Source: an uncultured Spirochaetota bacterium
GTDB lineage: Bacteria; Spirochaetota; Spirochaetia; SZUA-6; Fen-1364
Assembly: GCA_963820525.1 (NCBI GenBank)
Contig: CAWGAA010000001.1
Span: forward strand, 1,568,001-1,632,000
DNA length: 64,000 bases
Reading direction: 5' to 3'
In this document: in pieces, positions 17,602 through 27,467 of the stretch
Layout of the letters: each line of letters opens with the position of its first letter
Numbering within the stretch: the first letter of the stretch is position 1
The notes under the pieces: generated by a model
Databases searched by the model: none
Seen by the model: only the letters and a program-made list of their open reading frames with translations
What the model was told of the DNA's origin: nothing
Position numbers and translations under genes: made by a program

Positions 17602-19049
17602 TAACAACTATTCCCTTGCGATGTTACAGTTTTTTCTCCTCTTTTGCCAGCGGCAATCCGTATCCTGGTCCCCGTTGCCTCGTCCTGCAGGATTATCCCC
17701 CGCGCGGACAGGAGGCCCCTGATCTCATCCGCGCGCGCCCAGTCCCTTCGCTTTCGAGCTTCCTCCCTCTCCTCGACGAGCCGGCGCGACTCCTCGTCCA
17801 GCTCAACGGGCGATTCTTCGGCCCGGACCAGGTCGAGGCCGAGAATCCTGTCCATGGCCAGAAGCGCCCCGAGCTTCGGCCCCGCCGCAACGGAAGAGTC
17901 CCGAACGAGGGTCCAGAGATCCGCCAGGCATTTTGGCATGTTCAGGTCCTCGGCGGCATGCGCCTCGAAGGCGTCGAGATATTCCCGGGCTTTGCTCGTA
18001 GGCTGGGCCGGCCCTCCACCCGCCTTCTTGAGCTGGGTCACCCGTTCCACCAGCCCCCGGCGGGCCGAGCGGGCGGCATCGAGGGCATCCAGGCTGAAGG
18101 CGAGCTGCGTCCTGTAATGGGCGCCCAGGCAGAAGTAGCGGTAATCGAGGGGATCGTAGCCCTCCTCCATGAGGGAGGAGAGCGTGATGAAGTTCCCGGC
18201 GGACTTGGCCATCTTCGCCTTGTCCATGAGGAGGAACTCGCCATGCAGCCAGCAGGTGACCCACTTCCTGCCCGTGGCCGCTTCGGACTGGGCGATCTCA
18301 TTGGTGTGATGCACGGGGATGTGGTCGATGCCGCCGCAGTGGATGTCGAAGCTCTCGCCCAGGTACTTCATGGACATGGCGCTGCACTCGATGTGCCACC
18401 CCGGGTAGCCCCTGCCCCAGGGGGAGTCCCAGAGCATGGCCTGGTGCTCGAACTTGGAGCGTGTAAACCAGAGGGCGAAATCTGCCGGGTTTTTCTTTCC
18501 GCTGTCCACGGCGATCCGGGCTCCCGCTCGCAGGGTTTGCTGGTCCAGCAGGGCGAGCTTCCCGTAGGCGGGGAAACGGCTGATATCGAAGTAGAGGTTG
18601 CCCTCAGAAAAGTATGTGTACCCGTTTGCTTCGATCCTCTTGATCAGCTCGATCATTTGCGGAATATGGTCCGTGGCCTTGGGCACGACGGTGGGCATGG
18701 CGCAGCCCAGGAGCGCGAAGTCCCGGAAGAACGCCTTGGTGTAGAACTCCGCAATCTCCCAGACGCTCTTGCCTTTCTCCCGGGCGCTCTTGAGGATCTT
18801 GTCCTCCCCCTCGTCGGCGTCATCGGTGAGGTGGCCCACGTCGGTCACGTTCATCACGTGCCTGACCCGATAGCCGAAATACTCGAGGGTTTTTCTCAGG
18901 AGGTCTTCGAAAACGTAGGTGCGGAGGTTTCCGATGTGGGCGTAGTTGTAGACGGTGGGGCCGCAGGTGTAAAGGCCGACGTTCCCCTGCTGGATGGGAA
19001 CGAAGGATTGAAGCTCCCTGCCCATTGTGTTGAAGAACTCAAGCTCCAC
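17601..19049 (-). CDS. cysS: Cysteine--tRNA ligase
   Basis: [35 protein letters not shown]. Confidence 0.97.
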   Translation of the reverse strand: MELEFFNTMGRELQSFVPIQQGNVGLYTCGPTVYNYAHIGNLRTYVFEDLLRKTLEYFGYRVRHVMNVTDVGHLTDDADEGEDKILKSAREKGKSVWEIAEFYTKAFFRDFALLGCAMPTVVPKATDHIPQMIELIKRIEANGYTYFSEGNLYFDISRFPAYGKLALLDQQTLRAGARIAVDSGKKNPADFALWFTRSKFEHQAMLWDSPWGRGYPGWHIECSAMSMKYLGESFDIHCGGIDHIPVHHTNEIAQSEAATGRKWVTCWLHGEFLLMDKAKMAKSAGNFITLSSLMEEGYDPLDYRYFCLGAHYRTQLAFSLDALDAARSARRGLVERVTQLKKAGGGPAQPTSKAREYLDAFEAHAAEDLNMPKCLADLWTLVRDSSVAAGPKLGALLAMDRILGLDLVRAEESPVELDEESRRLVEEREEARKRRDWARADEIRGLLSARGIILQDEATGTRIRIAAGKRGEKTVTSQGNSC

Positions 19050-19142
19050 GATTCATCCTCCCCCTGGGCGGTTCTTCGTGAGGGTTTTACGCCCGGCCCG
19101 CGCGTGTAGACCTTTTGGCGGCCGGTTTGTACAATTTTGCTC

Positions 19143-20054
19143 GTGGGAAATGTACGGGAATTGGCGGGGAAAATCAAGATCGCGGGTCTTCTCACGGCCG
19201 ACGAGCCGCTGAGCGGGCACACCAGCTTCCGCATCGGCGGTCCCGCCGACCTATACGCGGCCCCCCGCTCGCGGGCCGAGCTCATCGAGCTGTACGGGCT
19301 GTGCCTGCGGGAGGAAGTGCCGTTTTTCATCCTGGGAGGGGGCTCCAACATTCTCGTCTCCGACCGCGGCATCCGCGGCCTGGCGATCGACCTCTCGCTG
19401 GTTCGCGGCATCGAGCGCGCGGAAGACAGTGTGAGCGCTCTGTGCGGCACGCCGATGAGCGACGTCTCGCAGTTTGCCCTTGCCCAGGGACTTTCCGGTC
19501 TCGAGTTCTGCTTCTCGCTTCCGGGAAGCGTCGGCGGCGCGGTATGGATGAACGCCCGCTGCTACGAGAGATCGATAAGCGATGTCCTGGCAAGCGCCGA
19601 GCACCTCTCGGAGGATCTCGCCGTCGCCAGGCGCCCGATGGCCTCCGGCGAATGGGGGTACAAGCTCTCTCCCTTTCAAAGGCTCAATGGAGTGATCCTC
19701 ACGGCATGCTTCCGGCTCACGGAGGGGGAGCCCGCCGCGATGGAGGAGGAAATGAGCCGCTTCCGGGCCGACCGCGAGAAGAAGGGGCATTTCCTTCACC
19801 CGTGTGCGGGAAGCATCTTCAAGAACAATCACGCGTTCGGCGCGCCCACGGGCAAGCTCATCGATTCCCTCGGTCTGAAGGGACTGCGCGCGGGGGGCGC
19901 CGAGATCGCGCCGTACCACGGTAATATCATCATCAACCTGGGGGGCGCCACGGCACGCGACGTTCTCACCCTCATCGAGACGGCGGAAAGCGAGGCTCTC
20001 GCGAGGCTCGGCCTCAGGCTGGAGAGGGAAATCGTCCTTGCTGGCGAATGGTGA
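19143..20054 (+). CDS. murB: UDP-N-acetylenolpyruvoylglucosamine reductase
   Basis: HTSFRIGGPAD, LGGGSN, PGSVGGAVWMNA, AGSIFKN, HGNIIIN, LEREI; start placed at GTG 19143, just downstream of TAGACC-17-TACAAT. Confidence 0.93.
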   Translation: MGNVRELAGKIKIAGLLTADEPLSGHTSFRIGGPADLYAAPRSRAELIELYGLCLREEVPFFILGGGSNILVSDRGIRGLAIDLSLVRGIERAEDSVSALCGTPMSDVSQFALAQGLSGLEFCFSLPGSVGGAVWMNARCYERSISDVLASAEHLSEDLAVARRPMASGEWGYKLSPFQRLNGVILTACFRLTEGEPAAMEEEMSRFRADREKKGHFLHPCAGSIFKNNHAFGAPTGKLIDSLGLKGLRAGGAEIAPYHGNIIINLGGATARDVLTLIETAESEALARLGLRLEREIVLAGEW

Positions 20055-20060
20055 ACGCGG

Positions 20061-21038
20061 ATGATCCTCATCGTCGGACAGAACACGGCATGGCAGAAGG
20101 TCTGCTTCCTCCCCCGCCTCGCGCGGGGAGAGGTCAACCGCGTGCGGGAAGTCCACGCGTTTCCCAGCAGCAAGGGCCCCAATGTCGCCAGGGCCCTGGC
20201 CGGCGTCGGCCTTCAGGGCCTGGCGCTCGGCTATGTCGGCGGGGCCACGGGGAAGCTCTTCAGCGAAGGGCTCCGGCAGGAAGGGCTCGCCACCCATTTC
20301 ACGCCCATCCAGGGCGAAACGCGGATCTGCACCACCTACGCGGAGCACGACGGCCCTTCGACAGAAGTGATCGAGCCGTCCCCCGAGATATCGAGCGGCG
20401 AGCGGGAGCTGTTCCGCTCGATCTTCCAACAGCACATCGGGGAGGCGCAGCTTCTTTTCATCTGCGGCACGGTGGTGCACGGAGAGTCCGAGGATTGCTA
20501 CGCGGTGATGACGGCCGAGGCGCACAAGAGGGGAATCCCCGTGCTCCTGGACTCCTCCAGCCTCGAGGCCCGGCGCGCCCTGGCCCAGTCTCCCGAGATC
20601 CTCAAGGTGAACATGAAGGAGCTTGCCGAGGTGGCTGAAGGCGGCGTTGAAGAGCTGGGGGCCAGGGTGGAGGCGTACCGCCGCCTCGCTTCCGCCCACG
20701 GGATCCGGTGGTTCTTCACCACGCGCGGGCCGGAGGGGATGGAAGCATTCGATGGGAAGACCCTCCTCCAGGCCGCGCCTCCCCGGATCGTCGTGGTAAA
20801 CACCATCGGAAGTGGAGACGCGGCCTCCGCCGGCATCGGATGGGTCATTCTGGAGTGGACGTCGAAAGGAAGCGGCGAGGAGATCTTCTCCTCGCGGTCG
20901 TGCCTCGAGCAAGCCCTTGTCACGGCTACGGCAATGGGCACGGCGAACTGTCTCAACGTGATCAACGGCAGGGTCGAGATGGCGGATTTCAAGCTCATGA
21001 GGGAAAAAGTCGCCGTGCGCGAGGTCCCGCTTCCCTAG
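20061..21038 (+). CDS. PfkB-family 1-phosphofructokinase / tagatose-6-phosphate-kinase-like sugar kinase
   Basis: KGPNVARAL, GETRIC, ILKVN, NTIGSGDA. Confidence 0.85.
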   Translation: MILIVGQNTAWQKVCFLPRLARGEVNRVREVHAFPSSKGPNVARALAGVGLQGLALGYVGGATGKLFSEGLRQEGLATHFTPIQGETRICTTYAEHDGPSTEVIEPSPEISSGERELFRSIFQQHIGEAQLLFICGTVVHGESEDCYAVMTAEAHKRGIPVLLDSSSLEARRALAQSPEILKVNMKELAEVAEGGVEELGARVEAYRRLASAHGIRWFFTTRGPEGMEAFDGKTLLQAAPPRIVVVNTIGSGDAASAGIGWVILEWTSKGSGEEIFSSRSCLEQALVTATAMGTANCLNVINGRVEMADFKLMREKVAVREVPLP

Positions 21039-21101
21039 TGGGGCTCGCCGGCAGGACTCTCGGCCACTATGACAATCCAGCCTTCATCAACGACGCGATT
21101 C

Positions 21102-22424
21102 TCACCTTTCTTGCCGCAGAACCATCCGGGTCCGCCACTCCAGCTTGAGCAAAAGCCGTGACAGGGGATCCTCGAGACCGCCGCCGAGAGGCATCCCCTG
21201 GATTCCGGCGCTCACGCTCGAAATGCCTTCTTTTCCCTCCGCCCGAAGGCTGAAGAGGGCGGTTGCCGCGCCGCCGCTTCTCGAGCCAATGGAGCCTTCC
21301 GCGGTGCAGAATATGCCCCTCCCCCCAAAGCCGATATCCCATGAGAGCTTTACACCCTCCCGCGCCACGGCAACGTCGATTGAGGACGGCTCTCCCTTCC
21401 GCGACCACGCCACGGCCAAGCGGCAATCGGCATTCTCCGTGGCACGGCCTTCGTGATCGAAGTCCGTTTCACTCTGCCCCCCGATCTGAAGCGCCAATCC
21501 ATCCCGAAGGCTTCCCCAAAGGACAGTCTCGAACGTGAAGCCCCTTTCCTGCCTGCTCTCCAGAAACGGGTGCCATGCGTACTCGGGGTGACCTATACCG
21601 AGCAGATACCGGAAAACAGCCGAGCCATCCTGACCCTTGATGCGAAGCCTCGCCCCACCGACGAGCCCTTCCCGGCTTCCCGTCCCGCGCATGGTCACGT
21701 ACTGCGGGGAAGCGGTCCCGAAAATGAGATCCGCTGCCAGCGATTCTCCTCCGAGGGCAAGCTGGGAGTCGAAAAGCACGCCTGCAGGCGCCCACTGGCA
21801 CTCCGACAGGCAGGCGGAGACCGAGAGGACAAGCGAAGGCGCCCGCCACGTCGCTCGCCCAGCAAGATGGAGGATTTCTCCGCCGGGAAAGGGGGGGACC
21901 CCGGCGAACCATTCCTCTCCCCAGCGCCGAGCAGGCGGCCGAGACAGCTCCACCAGCGCCTCGGCGCTCAGGCATGGGCCGGCTTGGAGGACCGCAAGGC
22001 CGCCGATCTGCGGCGACTCGCTCTGCCGGGAGAAGAGGGCGAGGCTGCCCGGCAAAGGGGCAAGAAACAAAGAGAGCCTGCGGCCCGGAGGAAGCGATCC
22101 ATCGACCGTCAGCTCTGTCTTCTCATCACTAACGCCGCTTCCCGGCCCATATCCAAGTGGATTCTCCGTTTCCCGCAGGAGACCCGCCGGTGAGAGCGGG
22201 CCGAAGCGCACCCAAGGGGAGGAGAAACCGAAGGCCAGCGACTCCGGGGACCGGAAGGCGCTCTGGTAGAGGAGGATGAGGCGGGAGGATCCCCCGGTGA
22301 AGCTGAGCCGCAGCGCCCCCTCCCCGTCCATCCCCGCGGTGGAATCCACGCCCAGCGCGAGGGGAGAAGCGGCCGCGCGGACCCCCCAGAAGACGAGGAA
22401 TATGAACGCAGCCCGCGTTGGCAC
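21102..22424 (-). CDS. Hypothetical exported protein, possibly an outer-membrane beta-rich protein; start uncertain
   Basis: Only long ORF filling the gap; signal-peptide-like VPTRAAFIFLVFWGVRAAA; alternating beta-strand pattern. Confidence 0.5.
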   Translation of the reverse strand: MPTRAAFIFLVFWGVRAAASPLALGVDSTAGMDGEGALRLSFTGGSSRLILLYQSAFRSPESLAFGFSSPWVRFGPLSPAGLLRETENPLGYGPGSGVSDEKTELTVDGSLPPGRRLSLFLAPLPGSLALFSRQSESPQIGGLAVLQAGPCLSAEALVELSRPPARRWGEEWFAGVPPFPGGEILHLAGRATWRAPSLVLSVSACLSECQWAPAGVLFDSQLALGGESLAADLIFGTASPQYVTMRGTGSREGLVGGARLRIKGQDGSAVFRYLLGIGHPEYAWHPFLESRQERGFTFETVLWGSLRDGLALQIGGQSETDFDHEGRATENADCRLAVAWSRKGEPSSIDVAVAREGVKLSWDIGFGGRGIFCTAEGSIGSRSGGAATALFSLRAEGKEGISSVSAGIQGMPLGGGLEDPLSRLLLKLEWRTRMVLRQER

Positions 22425-22447
22425 GCTACAATCAACGGCTGCGCAAT

Positions 22448-22508
22448 CCCCCGCGCTTGCGACATGGCGGCTTGTGACCCGCCCGCCTGCGGCCCCCGCG
22501 CTTGCGAC
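22448..22508 (+). repeat. Four 9-bp direct repeats at 15-bp period upstream of ackA
   Basis: GCTTGCGAC (22455), GCTTGTGAC (22470), GCCTGCGGC (22485), GCTTGCGAC (22500); first and last lie in an exact 16-bp repeat CCCCCGCGCTTGCGAC. Confidence 0.6.
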
Positions 22509-22614
22509 TTGACCACTCGCGTGATTCTCGATACTACTCAAATCGCGCTCCCGGCGATCCCCAGCGGCCTGCTGTCGGCATCCACGCCATCGAGCGCAGT
22601 CAAGGAGACGAGGG

Positions 22615-23955
22615 ATGGATATCCTTACCCTCAACTGCGGCAGCTCTTCGCTGAAATACCAGCTCTACCGCTGGGAAAGCAGGGAAGTCCTGGCCCGCGG
22701 TATCGTAGAGAGGGTCACTGTCGGCGGTTCCTACATCAACCACTACTCGGCCAAGGCCGGGAAGAGCATCCGGGAAGACCACGATTGCCCCAACCACAAG
22801 GTGGCCATCGAGCTCATCACCGAGACTCTCCTCAATCCCGAATATGGCGCCATCAAGAGCCTCTCCGATATCAAGGCGGTGGGCCACCGGGTCGTCCACG
22901 GAGGGGACAGGTTCGCGAAGTCGGTGATCATCGATGAGGCCGCTCTCTCCGCCTTCCGGGAGCTCTCGGACCTGGCGCCCCTGCACAATCCTCCCAACAT
23001 CACGGGAATCGAGGCGGCCCAGGAGGTCCTCCCCGACGTTCCCCACTGCGCCATCATGGACACGGCATGGCACCAGACCATGCCGGAGCGCTCTTTTGTC
23101 TACGCCCTCCCCTATTCCTGGTACGAGAACTACAGGGTGCGCAGGTATGGATTCCACGGCACCTCGTTTCTCTACGTGTCCAAGCGCGCCGCGGTCCTCC
23201 TGGGCAAGGACCCATTCGCCACAAACCTCATCTGTTTCCATATCGGAAACGGAGTCAGCGCCAACGCCGTGAAAAACGGGGTCTCCATCGACACCTCGAT
23301 GGGCTTCACCCCCCTGGAGGGGCTGGTGATGGGCACGCGCGCGGGGGATCACGACGCGGCCATCGGCTACTTCATCATGCGCAAGGAAGGGCTTCGCCCC
23401 GAGGCGATGGAGAGCATCCTCAACAGGAAGTGCGGGGTGCTGGGGATCACGGAGAAGTACACGGACCGCCGCGACATCGAGATCGCCGCCTCCAAGGGCG
23501 ACGAGCGGTGCCGCCTGGCGATCGAGATCGAAGGCTACCGCCTGAAGAAATACCTCGGCTCCTATTACGCCGCCCTGGGCAAGGTGGACGCCATCGTCTT
23601 CACGGCAGGCGTGGGAGAGAGGGGCCCGATCATCCGGGAGAAATGCCTCGAGGGCCTGGAAGAGATGGGGATCGTCCTGGACCGGAAGAAGAACGATATC
23701 TCCCTCACGAGGAACGCCGAAACCGAGATCACCGGGAAAGGCTCGCGCACGCGCATCTTCGTCATCCCCACCGACGAGGAGCTCGTGATGACCGAGGATA
23801 CCCACGCCCTTCTCACGGGGAGCTACGATATCCACACCCATTTCACCTATTCCTTCCAGTCCAGGGGCTATACGAACAAATCGCGGGATGAGGGCTTTAA
23901 AGAGGAGCTGAAGGAGAAAAAGGAGCTGGCGGAGATCATCGCCAGGGCTCCGTGA
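22615..23955 (+). CDS. ackA: Acetate kinase
   Basis: LNCGSSSLKY, GHRVVHGG, APLHN, YGFHGTS, TSMGFTPLEG, FTAGVGE, IPTDEE. Confidence 0.97.
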   Translation: MDILTLNCGSSSLKYQLYRWESREVLARGIVERVTVGGSYINHYSAKAGKSIREDHDCPNHKVAIELITETLLNPEYGAIKSLSDIKAVGHRVVHGGDRFAKSVIIDEAALSAFRELSDLAPLHNPPNITGIEAAQEVLPDVPHCAIMDTAWHQTMPERSFVYALPYSWYENYRVRRYGFHGTSFLYVSKRAAVLLGKDPFATNLICFHIGNGVSANAVKNGVSIDTSMGFTPLEGLVMGTRAGDHDAAIGYFIMRKEGLRPEAMESILNRKCGVLGITEKYTDRRDIEIAASKGDERCRLAIEIEGYRLKKYLGSYYAALGKVDAIVFTAGVGERGPIIREKCLEGLEEMGIVLDRKKNDISLTRNAETEITGKGSRTRIFVIPTDEELVMTEDTHALLTGSYDIHTHFTYSFQSRGYTNKSRDEGFKEELKEKKELAEIIARAP

Positions 23956-23971
23956 TGGACGCCGGAGAGCC

Positions 23972-25066
23972 ATGCACGAATACTTCACGCTGAAAAAGCC
24001 GCTTATCGCCAAGGAGCTCGCCGGAGTGCTCGCAGAGCTGGAGCCGGATCTCGCCCGCGTCAACCGCTGGGCGGAGGATGCCACCGACCGCCTGCTCGCC
24101 TTCGCCGTCCAGGGCAAGATGGTCCGGGGAGGCCTGCTCATCCTCTCCTACGAGATGTTCAATGGAAGCGAATCGCCCGATGGTCGTCCCCGCGCATCCC
24201 GGAAGGCGCCCCGCCCCGTGCTCAGGGCCGCCGCGGCGCTGGAGATCATCCACTCGGCTCTGCTCATCCACGACGACATCATGGACAACGACCGCCTGCG
24301 GCGCGGCTTCCGAACGATCTTCGCCCAGTATGAAAGCATCGGAGCGCGCTCCCGCGCCTGCGACCCCGAGCGCTTCGGGCGGAGCATGGGGATCTGCGCC
24401 GGAGACATCGGGTTCTTCATCGCCTCCGACATCCTGGCGCGGCTCGCCGTGGATCCGGAACGCAGGGTCGCGCTCCAGGGGCTCCTGGCGCGGGAGCTGG
24501 CCTACGTGGGCCTGGCGCAGATGCAGGACGTTTCCTTCGGAGCGTTCGCGCGCACGCCTCCCGTGCACGATGTCTACACCCTCTATCTTTACAAGACCGC
24601 CCGCTACACCATCTCCCTTCCCCTGATGTCGGGCGCTCTCCTGGCCGGAAAGTCGGGAAAGACCCTGGCCCGCCTCGCCGAGCTCGGTGAATACCTCGGA
24701 GTCGCCTTCCAGGCGCGCGACGACGAGATCGGCGTCTTCGGCACGGAGAGGGAGACGGGCAAGCCCGTAGGGTCCGACATCCGGGAGGGCAAGAAGACCC
24801 TTCTCTACCTGGAGCTTCTCCGCCGCTCGCGCGGGGCGGAGAGACGCCGCCTGGAGGAGATCTTCGGCAAACCCACCCTGGAGCCTTCCGATGTCGCCCT
24901 CGTTCGCGCCGCGATCGAGCGCTCCGGCGCGCGCCAGCGCCTGCAGGAGATGATGGAGGAGCTCTCCGCCCGGGCGGAGAAGCTCATCGATTCGCTTCGC
25001 ATTTCTCAAAACTTCAGGAGGATACTGAAGGAAATCTGCGCCGTCGGCATCCGGCGCAGCAGGTGA
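23972..25066 (+). CDS. Polyprenyl synthetase (GGPP-synthase-like)
   Basis: GKMVR, LIHDDIMDNDRLRRG (FARM), YKTARY, FQARDD, TGKPVGSDIREGKKT. Confidence 0.9.
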   Translation: MHEYFTLKKPLIAKELAGVLAELEPDLARVNRWAEDATDRLLAFAVQGKMVRGGLLILSYEMFNGSESPDGRPRASRKAPRPVLRAAAALEIIHSALLIHDDIMDNDRLRRGFRTIFAQYESIGARSRACDPERFGRSMGICAGDIGFFIASDILARLAVDPERRVALQGLLARELAYVGLAQMQDVSFGAFARTPPVHDVYTLYLYKTARYTISLPLMSGALLAGKSGKTLARLAELGEYLGVAFQARDDEIGVFGTERETGKPVGSDIREGKKTLLYLELLRRSRGAERRRLEEIFGKPTLEPSDVALVRAAIERSGARQRLQEMMEELSARAEKLIDSLRISQNFRRILKEICAVGIRRSR

Positions 25067-25139
25067 CTTCCGCCGCCGTCGGGTGCGCCCTGCGCCTCGC
25101 GTCATCGGAGCGTTCAACGCAGTCCTCTCCTTGCCAGGT

Positions 25140-25168
25140 TTGACACCGCCGGAACGCGGGACTACAAT
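25140..25168 (+). promoter_or_regulatory. Sigma70 promoter of the second Crp-like gene
   Basis: TTGACA-17-TACAAT. Confidence 0.7.
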
Positions 25169-25186
25169 TTTCCCCAGAGGCCGATT

Positions 25187-26482
25187 TTGGCGGATTCCAG
25201 GAAAAAGCTCTTCAAGGCGGGAGCGCTCATCTACATCGAGACCGATGAAGACAGCGACGATGTCTTCATCCTCGAGGAGGGCGAGGTGGAGCTCGGCGGC
25301 GCGGCAGGGATCAAGCATTTCCGGCCGATGCTGAAACCCGGCGACATCTTCGGCTCCACCTCGTGCCTCTGCCGGCGGCCCCGCATGGAAAGCGCGAGGG
25401 CCACATCAGACTCCACCGTGGTGGTCCTGGAAAGAGAGACCTTCCTCGGGCTGGTCCAGTCCAAGCCGGAGCTCGCATCCAGGATCATCTCCTATTTCGC
25501 GGAGGAGCTTCGCGCCTACGACGAGATGATCGTGGGCCCCTCCACAGCGGACTTGAGCGGCGAGGAGGCGCGGCTCTTCGAGCTGGGGGGGCTCTTCCTG
25601 CGGCGTGAGATGACCTCCTACGCCTGGCACGCCTTCTCGGCGTACGCCCGCTGCTTCCCCACCGGCCTCTACGCCGAGGAAGCCCGCAAGCAGCTGGCCG
25701 CGCTCAATCAAAGGGGGGTGGCGGCTCCCGCTCCTGTGCAGAGGGGATTGTGCCGTGTCTTCGGGGACCGGCAGATGGTCTTCTGCGAGCACGAGCCGGG
25801 AGAGGAGCTGTACATCATCAAGGCGGGCAAGGTGGAGATCCGAAAGACCACCCCTTCCGAGGAAATCCTTTTGTCCATCCTTCGCGAGGGTGACATATTC
25901 GGCGAGCTTTCCATCGTCTCGCACAAGCCGCGAAGCGCTTCGGCGGTGGCTACGGGAGAGGCGACGATCCTTCCCATCACGGGGCAGTCCCTCTCCGTCG
26001 TGTTCGAGCGGTCCCCCGCAATCATCGCGCGGATCCTCATCGCGATAAGCCAGAGGATCTGGTTCACTTTCATCCGTCTGCAATCGCGGCTCTTCGAGAA
26101 TCCGCTCACGCGGACCTACGTGCTCCTGGAAAACAAGCTGCTGGAGGAACGGGTCTCTCTGGTCAGCACCAAACCCGTCAACCTCCCATTGAGCCTCGAG
26201 GAGATCCTGGCAATGTCGGGCGTGCCCCTCGGACAGCGGGAAGGCCTCAAGTCGGCGCTCACGGACGACCCCAACTTCAGCTTCCACTTCCGCCAGCTCA
26301 CCGTGGAGAGCCCCAGCGTTCTTGCAACCAGGGCCCGCTACTATCGCACGCGGGACCACCTGGAGATTCCCGAGCTTGATCTGGCGGCAAAGACCCAGAA
26401 AAGGCGGCCGGCCGCGCCCCGGACCATCGGGCTCGATCCTCATGAGCTTCGGGTCCCGCCCGAATCGATTCCTGAAAAGTAG
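25187..26482 (+). CDS. Second tandem-cNMP / TPR Crp-like protein (paralogue of 13049..14281)
   Basis: FILEEGEV, YIIKAGKVEI, FGELSIVSHKPRSASA; shares the RIWF motif with the paralogue. Confidence 0.82.
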   Translation: MADSRKKLFKAGALIYIETDEDSDDVFILEEGEVELGGAAGIKHFRPMLKPGDIFGSTSCLCRRPRMESARATSDSTVVVLERETFLGLVQSKPELASRIISYFAEELRAYDEMIVGPSTADLSGEEARLFELGGLFLRREMTSYAWHAFSAYARCFPTGLYAEEARKQLAALNQRGVAAPAPVQRGLCRVFGDRQMVFCEHEPGEELYIIKAGKVEIRKTTPSEEILLSILREGDIFGELSIVSHKPRSASAVATGEATILPITGQSLSVVFERSPAIIARILIAISQRIWFTFIRLQSRLFENPLTRTYVLLENKLLEERVSLVSTKPVNLPLSLEEILAMSGVPLGQREGLKSALTDDPNFSFHFRQLTVESPSVLATRARYYRTRDHLEIPELDLAAKTQKRRPAAPRTIGLDPHELRVPPESIPEK

Positions 26483-26487
26483 GGGAG

Positions 26488-27333
26488 TCAGCCGGCTTCG
26501 CGTCCCGCTGCGCGCAGCGCTTCTTCCACCTCCTGGATCACGGCATCGGGGGTGGAGGCGCCTGCAGATATTCCAACAATGGGGTAGCTAGAGACTTCAG
26601 CGGGGATCTCCGCCGCCCCTTCGATGTGCCAGGAAGGCCTGCCGGTCAGGAGCGCGGTCTGCAAAAGCCAGCAGGTGTTGGCGCTGTGTCTTCCCCCCAC
26701 CACGAGGATGGCGTCCACCTCCTTGGCCAGCGCAAGAAGGCTCTCCTGGCGCGTCTCCGTGGCCGCGCAGCTCGTATCGAAGACGACGATGTCGGGCTTC
26801 CTCAGCTTCAGGATGTGGCAGATCCTCTCGTACTCCGCCTTCTTGAAGGTTGTCTGGCCCACGACGATGCATCGCGGGGGAAGCTCGACGGTCCGGGCTT
26901 CCGCGATGGATGCGATCACGGAGGATCCTCCGGCGTACCCTCGAATCCCCTTCACCTCTCCATGGTCGGCGTCTCCGACGATGATGGCGTTGAAACCTCG
27001 CGCGGCATGCTGGCGCACTATCTCATGCACCTTCAGCACGTGGGGACAGGTCGCGTCAATGAGGCGCAGGCCCGCCCTTTCGCACTCCTCTCTCTGGCGG
27101 GGGCCGATCCCGTGCGCCCTGATGACGACGATGCCCCTCCGCACTCCCGATACATCCTCGATGGGAACCACCCCGCGCCTGCGAAACTCCTCCACCACGC
27201 GCGTGTTGTGGATGAGGGGGCCGAGGGTGTAGATGGGAACGCCGGGGTTCTCCGCGAGAGCCCGCTCCACGATGGCCAGAGCCCGGCGGACTCCCATGCA
27301 TACCCCGAGGGTATCGGCCCTCTTGACGATCAT
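26488..27333 (-). CDS. ispH: 4-hydroxy-3-methylbut-2-enyl diphosphate reductase
   Basis: GVCMGVRRA, LIHN, IRAHG, DATCP, HGEV, CAATETRQ, SAN, GISAGASTP. Confidence 0.95.
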   Translation of the reverse strand: MIVKRADTLGVCMGVRRALAIVERALAENPGVPIYTLGPLIHNTRVVEEFRRRGVVPIEDVSGVRRGIVVIRAHGIGPRQREECERAGLRLIDATCPHVLKVHEIVRQHAARGFNAIIVGDADHGEVKGIRGYAGGSSVIASIAEARTVELPPRCIVVGQTTFKKAEYERICHILKLRKPDIVVFDTSCAATETRQESLLALAKEVDAILVVGGRHSANTCWLLQTALLTGRPSWHIEGAAEIPAEVSSYPIVGISAGASTPDAVIQEVEEALRAAGREAG

Positions 27334-27399
27334 GCTGGGAAATCTACATCCGAGGGGCGCCGATAATCAACGCCGCCGGCAGGGCGCGTCCCGCGCGGT

Positions 27400-27428
27400 T
27401 TGACTTTTGGCAAATACGTTCCTATCCT
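27400..27428 (+). promoter_or_regulatory. Promoter of the DHOD-like / radical SAM operon
   Basis: TTGACT-17-TATCCT upstream of an AAGGAG RBS. Confidence 0.6.
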
Positions 27429-27467
27429 TTTCGTAGAACGTTCTCCAGAACAGAAAGGAGCATCACG

